Assembly: GCA_964342465.1 (NCBI GenBank)
Contig: CAYFFQ010000002.1
Span: 156,635-220,634 of the forward strand
Length of the DNA stretch: 64,000 nucleotides
Direction: 5' to 3'
Source of the DNA: an uncultured Candidatus Poseidoniales archaeon
GTDB taxonomy: Archaea > Thermoplasmatota > Poseidoniia > Poseidoniales > Thalassarchaeaceae
The notes under the pieces are model-generated. The model saw only the letters and a list, made by a program, of their open reading frames with translations, was not told where the DNA came from and did not search any database. Of this stretch, positions 39,001-44,702 are shown one piece after another. The first letter of the stretch is position 1. Every line of letters starts with the position of its first letter. Both the position numbers and the translations under genes were made by a program.

Positions 39001-40156
39001 CTGAGGCTATTCTATTCTGAAAACCAGCACGTGCAGAGTATGTGGAGGAGTACGGCACTCCGTTCACCCCATCACTTACCCAATATACGAGCCCTGCTGA
39101 CTGGTCCCAAAGTCCGTCACCATTGGTGTCCAGCCCTGCCGTTTCATTACCCCGTCGAATGGCAATCTCTTCACCGAACTGGCCATCCCTGTCAAAGTCG
39201 ACATAGACCGTCTCGTAGACGCCGGCGGTGATATCATCCACAACGAGAATATCCACATCGCCGCCGGCCCTTGTCTTCAATGCCGAATCGGGATGTTGGC
39301 CGGTATGGTAAACGCCTGAAAGTGAAGGAGGTATTCCGGAGATGTTGAATCCGGTCAGGTCAAGGAATGAATCATTGTTTGAGTCGTTATCCAAATTCGA
39401 TGTATCGGAATAATACGAGCCACCATTGTCTGGATAGGCATCTCCATCTGCCAACCAGATGTCGATACTTCTCGGGTCCCACATGATAGGCCAACCATCG
39501 TATGGTGAGGTCGGGTCGTCAACTCGCGCCTGAGTTCCATTGAGGTCTGGGTGGGCAAAATCAATTCCTGAATCGACCACAGCCACTTTGACACCTCCCC
39601 CATCCACGCCCATGAGCCAAGAATCGGCAGCCCCGTGTAACTGGCCGGTCACAACCGAATTTACTTGAGGTGCATCCCCACTTTCCGAATTGATGGGATT
39701 CGGGACTCCGGGGTCCTCGAAGATGGAGATGACTCCTCTCACCCCCAACAACTTGGGGACCATCTGTGCGGTTGCAGTTACCTTCCGGTGTTGAATGGAA
39801 TCTGAATCAATCTCACTTTTTTCAAACGATTGACCCCCTTTCAGTAATGCTTGTTCTGCCCCGAATCCGTGTTTTTTCTGCCACTCACCTAATGCATGAA
39901 GGTCCCGCGTCAGTACTAACACATCAACCATCTCATCTGCGCGGGTGAACCATGATTTTGCCGGTGGATAGATAGTCGGTTGGTCGCTGAAGCGGTATTC
40001 CTCGACCAAGTCAGCGGGTTGCGAGACGGGAGATTCCGCGCTGGTTACCGTGTTTTCAATGAGCAAGAGATTTGGTGAAATCTGCACTATCAGGAAACAG
40101 ACGAAAAGTGAAGGCATCAACCCTCTAGATGCAGACTGCTGTTTGCTGACTACCAT
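33014..40156 (-). CDS. Giant secreted/membrane-anchored subtilisin-family (S8) serine protease with multiple beta-sandwich and CBM-like domains
   Basis: It has a signal/anchor (LFVCFLIVQISP) and the catalytic triad contexts VAVVDSGIDFAHPDL (Asp), GNHGTLCASAV (His) and WGGTSLATPIGAGLVAL (Ser). A CBM-like segment (FEAENAT...AGTYYLWARM...DKFIITD) follows. A late TM helix is preceded by PGSF and followed by RMRKR. Confidence 0.9.
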   Translation of the reverse strand: MVVSKQQSASRGLMPSLFVCFLIVQISPNLLLIENTVTSAESPVSQPADLVEEYRFSDQPTIYPPAKSWFTRADEMVDVLVLTRDLHALGEWQKKHGFGAEQALLKGGQSFEKSEIDSDSIQHRKVTATAQMVPKLLGVRGVISIFEDPGVPNPINSESGDAPQVNSVVTGQLHGAADSWLMGVDGGGVKVAVVDSGIDFAHPDLNGTQARVDDPTSPYDGWPIMWDPRSIDIWLADGDAYPDNGGSYYSDTSNLDNDSNNDSFLDLTGFNISGIPPSLSGVYHTGQHPDSALKTRAGGDVDILVVDDITAGVYETVYVDFDRDGQFGEEIAIRRGNETAGLDTNGDGLWDQSAGLVYWVSDGVNGVPYSSTYSARAGFQNRIASAGDLVLWMIDDQNDPGGNHGTLCASAVSAQGSIANGKVVGMAPGSELIAVADFYAGGSWMDAWRFLTEGYDGVTDSGDEAQVGSFSFGWSNVHNDGTDQMALYLDWLTRVHSRNTTILVAVGNGGHGYGTTASPGGAHGVVSVGAFSSQTGQPHGGTWGDAAAWSNRGPNAGSRLDPDIVTVGWSATGDRGLNEVTNANSAYRTWGGTSLATPIGAGLVALIYEAWMQEHGVWPDAMTVRNLLMSTAEDRGYDPLVQGAGFADVKRAIEVIKGINGSAWVEPAYWMAGANHGTHREANTNIMMAGQTAWANFTVNNTGLTPLNVSWEGATLTPLAHHSEVWNSSTSLGWDGYQSSRPDLLIPVHIKGDANLSLPAGTSIVRARAALAGAGFDGNNDLSEENRVHVELMRWHDDDGDGRWWTDSNNNSLVDSGEMESSSEYSMVTAHTYASGQSEVRIGQPHKRSGDGILLGVYRRNIRTDVIDPIPIEVDWTAFGPDNNATWLDICSGNTSIQSSGVHHLNCRVNVPVDADPGIRQEQVHITFEASNISHTWAVPVIVNVASDGPMNLSPLPIDGNMSNQSLYSETWLQGAQRWSWRSESGDWKFVTFDWPYNLSGDGAIVMDVDWPDNQYTDVDVFWMSETGHPYYSEDPTAYGQYNLVPEVSSKSEDLGNGKYRWQTSTGGSHEVLIAEATPGIKQMMLHSVRHGVNTNDNPVNISVGLVDAIDGSLTRVVRDWADGEGDEVITIGSTLPIDVSSIEGFGWTQPVLLPSETATQDTPGTWSSSGYTHEIDVEGAELLKVEIDSLATLTDLDLALYRDKNGNGVLDWGSEQIATSGNWNSAEEISIESPTDGKWWAVVHGFDVPSGNVSFWLRQTVIAGNSLLINDFTPLNQSDIVTRFPNGSSELGGRIPISAFDVNLSLSLPQTSGLWEGFIVVNLASGGSIRLAYDYRLEELPPQLQFMTPANLTHTNQTIPLRVEAHDFSGGFSLSELFMDTSPLLEWRNASYTVEGLAEKGGPTHILSDSWSHWNEFATEDGGSHFHLNNGSLVFEAENATSVVAGADGNAPKWVETQLMGETIMASSDNSGWQSSTFSDGDALQYPIEFDNAGTYYLWARMNASNASDDSIHVGLNGSLITQSGPMKVNPSNSWEWTNLGGGPSATPIQFSIPAAGRYNLSIWMYEDGIKLDKFIITDSWSFVASGNPPSTQPIVDMILRSAWLNLTLPADNGWRTFNASLSDVAGRGNSSQLMVNYDDINPTIMVNGWKFLTNNSIMHIEVQTEIGSSLYLNGTEIAVDEDGRGEAELLLHPTYWVNLNGDGNNPSTWDWVDLNTFTLVARDAAGNWNNLEFDVAYDAWGASNYGQQPQIGLLGYSGDSDDGSWRLTELAQTDRLNAKQSPINVELDLFYDTRIVCIQMIDESGIEWQSSCTERNQPPWGDDISQHMRAGAPPPESDLLTLFTVPINHSGLPDGRWQLFVETQDWAGNWGWENFTLLLDREAPLVSWVNPISNETLFDHRLVIEWQLSEYAQHSLTVDGEIVGEFEPGQLGGQFAFELESIGSHQLCLLAQDLSLGPDQNIAIDCIDVNMSDLHYIPTLTAQWNHGIVNSSTVYADLTLGVAQGWVSKLWDGNNWVVQNGSELAGGELKIPVHLTEGENRIRFEVEALDRIYLFELKVTLDSRPPILSIDSPITGEHTAAETINISGECESDLPLTIKTGEGSTYATTCFGGRYSEPISLPENDGEFGISVSSIDSALNSRTVHSTIEVDRTAPLATLSWGDSKCDTQPVKTIFDMHGVANCQLVVRADLLDDDIAFWSLAAKENRQVVASDMGYLPASDHLILEIGDVGRPGLWRVELVLIDHAGNKFTEFVENEFVATEASASAKIVAPGSFLNVIFLCGLFGLPLLAVRMRKRISDEIDPMISPLDPELLLDIKDGEVEESGEIAAVDEGNLNEISIPSSHGPVGRPPASVEELADADATILQQEKDSRINKSK

Positions 40157-40385
40157 TAGCCTTGCGAAAGAGGATGAGTCCTTGAATGAGTCGCAGTGTT
40201 GTCTTGAAAGGATAAATCGTCATTCCTCTACTGGGGGCGTGCCTTGGATAGAGGATTTCGTCAGAAATTGAAGAGGCGATGTATGGCCGTCCAATTTGGC
40301 TGCCTGCAAGGGAGGGGATTGCCAACCGAAAGGCGCTTGGTTGTGCGTCAAGGTCAAAACGGGAGGGCGCTCGCGAGGGGGTACG

Positions 40386-40458
40386 AGTCCCGTAGTGTAG
40401 TGGTCCATCATCTCTGGTTTTGGTCCAGGGGACGCAGGTTCGACTCCTGCCGGGACTA
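40386..40458 (+). tRNA. tRNA-Gln (anticodon UUG)
   Basis: It folds manually into a cloverleaf: acceptor AGTCCCG/CGGGACT, anticodon stem TCTGG/CCAGG, loop TTTTGGT, T arm GCAGG-TTCGACT-CCTGC and discriminator A. There is no encoded CCA. Confidence 0.85.
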
Positions 40459-40517
40459 TACTTCATCGACAGTGGAGTATTGACTGCGAATCTGTTGTGT
40501 GTTCAGTATCTATCCGA

Positions 40518-40870
40518 AGGCTCGAGCACCGTCAAACATTGACTACAATCAAGGTGCTCGTGATGGGCCGCTGAACTGGACTGAGCGAATGAAATTAATG
40601 ACAATCCGAGCGATGGAAGTTTGATGCAAGGCACGAGCATCGTCAAAGATTGACTACGATCAAGGTGCTCGTGATGGGCAATCAAACTGGACTGAGCGAT
40701 TCAATCCTCCTAACAAATAAGCGAGGGAAGTTTGATGCAAGGCACGAGCACCGTCAAAGATTGACTACGATCAAGGTGCTCGTGATGGGCAATCAAACTG
40801 GACTGAGCGATTCAATCCTCCTTACAAATAAGCGAAGGAAGTTTGATGCAAGGCACGAGCATCGACTGAA
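40518..40870. repeat. 111-112-bp direct tandem repeat (about 3.2 units), each unit holding a 10-bp-stem inverted repeat related to the tRNA-Glu acceptor 3' strand
   Basis: The units start at 40518, 40630, 40741 and 40852 (the last is partial). Each contains GGCACGAGCAYCGTCAA...22 nt...GGTGCTCGTGATGGG. Confidence 0.9.
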
Positions 40871-40907
40871 ACCGATGGAATCACTATGACATTGGATGAT
40901 AACGAGA

Positions 40908-40982
40908 TGCTCGTGCCGGGATTTGAACCCGGGTCGACGGATCGAGAGTCCGTCATGATGGGCCGAGCTACACCACACGAGC
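40908..40982 (-). tRNA. tRNA-Glu (anticodon CUC)
   Basis: The reverse complement folds as acceptor GCTCGTG/CACGAGC, anticodon stem ACGGA/TCCGT, loop CTCTCGA, T arm CCGGG-TTCAAAT-CCCGG and discriminator A. There is no encoded CCA. Confidence 0.85.
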
Positions 40983-41223
40983 CGAGCAACCCGCCGACAT
41001 ACCTTCGGTATATCAACCAAGTGGCGAGCATCGTGTCTAAGGTTATTGAGCCACAGATGTGCGTTGGTGTTTCTTTCGTCCTTCTAGAACGGAAAGAATC
41101 GGGTTTTGATGTTGGATAGGAAGTGTAGTGGATTCACTTTCACCTAAAATTCACAGCATAGGCATGATTTCACTTTCACTTTTACCCAGCTCCCTTTATC
41201 GTTTGTTGATATAACACCCCGCA

Positions 41224-41526
41224 GTGGTTAGGGCCATGCAAACGAGAAGAATTGATGATGAGAATAGTTGCCGTATAGAGGCTGGGGATGTCGAAGTGCC
41301 ACTGAGAACTTTGAAGAGAAGTTCTACAGACCTATTGAGTGATGTTTATTCACACACGGGTTTAGTCAGGATGGCGTCTTCTAGTGGACGGATACATCTC
41401 GCCCACCCTAACAACAAGAGAGAAGGTGGGCGGAATGAGGGAGTTCAATCTGCCCACATCAATCCTAAACCTAACTGGCGCAAGTTGATTGAATCGGTCA
41501 AGAAGGAGCGAGAGGTGGTCGCATGA
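41224..41526 (+). CDS. Hypothetical protein
   Basis: This 100-aa ORF has a stop that overlaps the next start (ATGA at 41523-41526). The composition is acceptable but no family was recognised. Confidence 0.3.
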   Translation: MVRAMQTRRIDDENSCRIEAGDVEVPLRTLKRSSTDLLSDVYSHTGLVRMASSSGRIHLAHPNNKREGGRNEGVQSAHINPKPNWRKLIESVKKEREVVA

Positions 41527-41780
41527 GCAGAACCAAGAGGCTCAGGCAGGCGGTAGTGGATTATCTTGATGAGAATGGCAGGTCCAACACGGTTGATATT
41601 TTCGACCACCTCAATGACCGCTTCTCATGGGGGGCAACCATGAATCAGGTCGGCAACATCCTAGCCAAAGACATCAGGTTTGAAAAGGTGGGGCATGTGC
41701 GAGATTTCTTTCGCGGTGGCAGATATACAGTCTGCATTTGGGACCTCGCATGTCAGAGCGAAGGGGACCATGTTGCGTAG
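41523..41780 (+). CDS. Small hypothetical protein, possibly winged-helix-like
   Basis: This 85-aa ORF has good composition and a helix-rich N-terminus (RLRQAVVDYLDENGRSNTVDIFDHLNDRF). It is translationally coupled to the upstream ORF. Confidence 0.45.
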   Translation: MSRTKRLRQAVVDYLDENGRSNTVDIFDHLNDRFSWGATMNQVGNILAKDIRFEKVGHVRDFFRGGRYTVCIWDLACQSEGDHVA

Positions 41781-41815
41781 GCATCAAAGGCTAAACGCGA
41801 CTCCGTACCCGATAG

Positions 41816-42715
41816 ATGACTAGCAAGGAGTGGTGGACACTCGCCCGCGGCGTCAATGTTGTGATGGGTATTGTCACCGTACCCGTCGGCGCACTCATAG
41901 TCGGTGGCATCGCAGAAAGTGATGTTGGCATTCCCATCGCCTTGCATACTGCGAGTGTGGCCTCGTTTATGTGTGGGTGGAACGCCCTGAACGACATACT
42001 GGATAGTGAGGGAGACCGTATCAACCACCCCAATAGACCATTGGCGTCCGGAGCGATTTCCATCCTAGCCGCCAAACGATTTTCAATGGCTACCTTCGCC
42101 ATATCAGCCCTCACATTAATCGGCATCATCATTCATGCGGAGATGTATATCGGTCGGTATGAGTGGCTTGATTCAGTCGCAATTTGGTTTACTGCATTGT
42201 TTTTGATGACCTCTTACGAATTTGACGGTATTCCTTTCAGTCCGTCATTAAAAAAACGTGGATTATTGGGGAATCTCTCGGTCTCAGGATTGATAGCCGT
42301 AGTTATCGTATTCGGTGCAGCATCCGTTGGACAAGGGACTGACCCATTACCATGGCTGGTAGCGGTCTGTACAATGATGATTGGGACGGCGCGGGAAATC
42401 ATCAAAGATGTAGAGGATATGGACGGTGATTCTTCAAGAGAGACGCTACCAATGAAAATCGGACCAGAAAAGGCTCGCGCGATTGCCTGGCTCTGTGCAT
42501 TATTGGGATTCATCAGCATGGGACTTCCTTTTGCACTTGACCTATTCTCCAAAACCCTCATCGGATTTCTTGGCCCAGCCATGTTTTACCTGTTGATGGT
42601 GAAAGCACCAATCGCCAAAGGAGAAGACACAAAGGCCTCGAGGATGCTGAAACGTTCTCTTCTTTTCGGCCTTTTTGGTTTCACGGCCTGTGGTATCATC
42701 ACCCACCTCGGTTGA
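41816..42715 (+). CDS. UbiA-family prenyltransferase, probable digeranylgeranylglyceryl phosphate synthase
   Basis: It has 8-9 TM helices and the first Asp-rich motif NALNDILDSEGDRINHPNRPLASG, with a second acidic motif KDVEDMDGD. The archaeal context suggests DGGGP synthase. Confidence 0.75.
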   Translation: MTSKEWWTLARGVNVVMGIVTVPVGALIVGGIAESDVGIPIALHTASVASFMCGWNALNDILDSEGDRINHPNRPLASGAISILAAKRFSMATFAISALTLIGIIIHAEMYIGRYEWLDSVAIWFTALFLMTSYEFDGIPFSPSLKKRGLLGNLSVSGLIAVVIVFGAASVGQGTDPLPWLVAVCTMMIGTAREIIKDVEDMDGDSSRETLPMKIGPEKARAIAWLCALLGFISMGLPFALDLFSKTLIGFLGPAMFYLLMVKAPIAKGEDTKASRMLKRSLLFGLFGFTACGIITHLG

Positions 42716-42767
42716 GGGAGATTCGATTATTATCTCGGATTGCTGCTCTCGGCAACCCTCATCTCCC

Positions 42768-43718
42768 TCAGTACTTCATCAGTTCCTGATAAGTTTCCCA
42801 TGCCTCTCTGTCGCACAAGTAAGTCAACAGTGATATTTGAGCCCACATCCGATTCTCTGCTTGGTCAAACACTACAGAGGCGTCACTGTCAATGACTTCG
42901 TCAGTTACTTCTTCTCCACGATGTGCAGGTAGACAGTGCATGAAGATATAGTCATCATTAGCCTTGGAAACCAACTCTGCATTGACCTGAAACCCATCGA
43001 AATCCCTCATCTTGTCTGTCAATCCTTCTTCCCCCATCGATACGAAGACATCTGTATAGACGACATCGGCCGCAGTGACGGCCTCTGATGGGTCGTTCGT
43101 CATTCGTATGACAGAACCAGACTCATCGGCGAATCGGCGAGCCCTCTCAACTACATCCTCATCGGGTTCGTAGCCCTTGGGAACAGCGAAGTCGATATCA
43201 CATCCCAGAATGGCACAAGCCAAGAGAAGGTCGTGTAGTACATTGTTTCCATCTCCGACCCAAGCGACCTTGATTCCTTTCAGTTCCTGCTTGTGCTCGA
43301 GAATTGTCATCATATCGGCGGCGGCCTGACAGGGATGGTGTTTGTCTGACAGAGCGTTTATGACTGGAACGGTGGCGTTCTGTGCGAGTTCCATTACATC
43401 GGAATGAGCGAAACAACGGTAGGTTATAGCCCCTAAATATCGCGAAAGAACCTGTGCCGTATCACCGACGGTCTCGGATTTGCCTAGTTGGATGTCCCCC
43501 TTGAGGAGAGTTAGTGGATGGCCCCCCAGTTTATTGACACCAACCTCGAAAGAGACCCGCGTTCTTGTACTCGGTTTCTCGTAGATGGACCCGATGGTCA
43601 TCCCGTCAAGCGGCGTAAAGGTAGGAGCGACTTCTGCATCCGATTTGAAAGTGACCGCCCACTCCAACAGTGAAAGCAAATCGTCAGAAACATCATCTAT
43701 TGCCAGCAATCCGACCAT
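42768..43718 (-). CDS. argF: Ornithine carbamoyltransferase
   Basis: Motifs: STRTRVSFE, HPCQ, DGNNV and FMHCLPAHRGEEV. Confidence 0.9.
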   Translation of the reverse strand: MVGLLAIDDVSDDLLSLLEWAVTFKSDAEVAPTFTPLDGMTIGSIYEKPSTRTRVSFEVGVNKLGGHPLTLLKGDIQLGKSETVGDTAQVLSRYLGAITYRCFAHSDVMELAQNATVPVINALSDKHHPCQAAADMMTILEHKQELKGIKVAWVGDGNNVLHDLLLACAILGCDIDFAVPKGYEPDEDVVERARRFADESGSVIRMTNDPSEAVTAADVVYTDVFVSMGEEGLTDKMRDFDGFQVNAELVSKANDDYIFMHCLPAHRGEEVTDEVIDSDASVVFDQAENRMWAQISLLTYLCDREAWETYQELMKY

Positions 43719-44578
43719 TATTCATTCCACCCATCTCTCTCGAATCCGATGTCCTCAGCGAATCCATCCCTCGAATCCGCCATCCCCCCAAAGAGGTTCT
43801 GAGCGAATGACAGAATATCAGCCAGTCCCTCTTCCTCCTCGCTGGAGAGGGGAATCAATCCCGGCTCAACCTGAGAATGCTTCATCATCCTCAGTTGACC
43901 AATGGCGAATTCGGTTCTCTGCCCACCCGCTTCATCGTAAAGAGCGGCTTCGAGGGCATCGAGACTGTCACCCCATTCTAGTACCCTCTCCAATGCCTCT
44001 TCATCGAGGAGGTCAGCCTTGGAGAGGAAGTTTGCTGCCGGCAATCCCAGTCTGAAATGAACAATGTTGGAGAGTAACATCTGCGACACGAATCCAGATG
44101 CTGTGCGTGAGAGCATCGGGTCAAAGAGGAAAATCAGAGCCGCTCTGCCTTGACCCAACACCTCGACAAAATGGCTTGATGCCTCGCGGAATGCAAACAA
44201 TTCCACCTGCCCAGGAGTGTCTATCACCATCAAGTCACCTGCGAGGCCATCTAATTCCTGTTGAATTTCATGCGCTTGAGCAGCAACTAGGTCTGCAGCC
44301 AGTATCTGCGCTCCATTGGGACCAAGGTCGTATTCACCCATGACTTCGGATAGCGAAATGAGTTCCCTGACATCGAATTCGGGGTCATAGTGAACTCTCT
44401 CAGCCCCGGGGTCCAGGTTGATGGTAAGGGCTTCTATCTCTAGGAAGCGAGCCCACCTTTGGAAGGCTGTGACCAAAGTGCTCTTGCCAGCGCCTGCCGT
44501 TCCAACCACAAAAAGCACCGGCGGCGCGGTACCATCTCCACCTGCCATGGTGCAATCGCCCCACCCACAGTTATTCAA
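43718..44578 (-). CDS. GPN-loop GTPase (PAB0955/Npa3 family)
   Basis: Motifs: P-loop GTAGAGKST, NLDPGAE, the GPN motif LGPNGA, DTPGQVELF and SKADLL. An alternative start is at 44548 (MAGGDG). Confidence 0.85.
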   Translation of the reverse strand: MNNCGWGDCTMAGGDGTAPPVLFVVGTAGAGKSTLVTAFQRWARFLEIEALTINLDPGAERVHYDPEFDVRELISLSEVMGEYDLGPNGAQILAADLVAAQAHEIQQELDGLAGDLMVIDTPGQVELFAFREASSHFVEVLGQGRAALIFLFDPMLSRTASGFVSQMLLSNIVHFRLGLPAANFLSKADLLDEEALERVLEWGDSLDALEAALYDEAGGQRTEFAIGQLRMMKHSQVEPGLIPLSSEEEEGLADILSFAQNLFGGMADSRDGFAEDIGFERDGWNE

Positions 44579-44702
44579 GGATTCGTCATTCCTTCATCAG
44601 GTGGCCAAAATGTCGGTAGTGGTGAAGGTTGACCATTATTTGACAATTGTTATAGAAGGAGACTCTTTGGCGAACCTCGCCCCTATCAGGGAGAGAGATA
44701 CA

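Noticed and set aside
40650-40889. 79-aa ORF with an internally repeated peptide inside the 111-bp array; similar ORFs lie at 58219..58479 and 28691..28912 inside other arrays
   Set aside because: The reading frames are a by-product of the DNA repeats. The peptides simply repeat with the unit, and there is no independent coding evidence.
40386-41780. Integrated mobile element at the tRNA genes
   Set aside because: No integrase, transposase or element-sized insert is present. Only repeats and two tiny ORFs are there, so at most it is a scar. It is kept as a low-confidence finding rather than a mobile_element feature.
44418-44702. N-terminal 95 codons of the 1088-aa track ORF
   Set aside because: This part overlaps the 5' end of the divergent GPN-loop GTPase gene and has poor composition. 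The proline-repeat protein more likely starts at 44703 or 44610.
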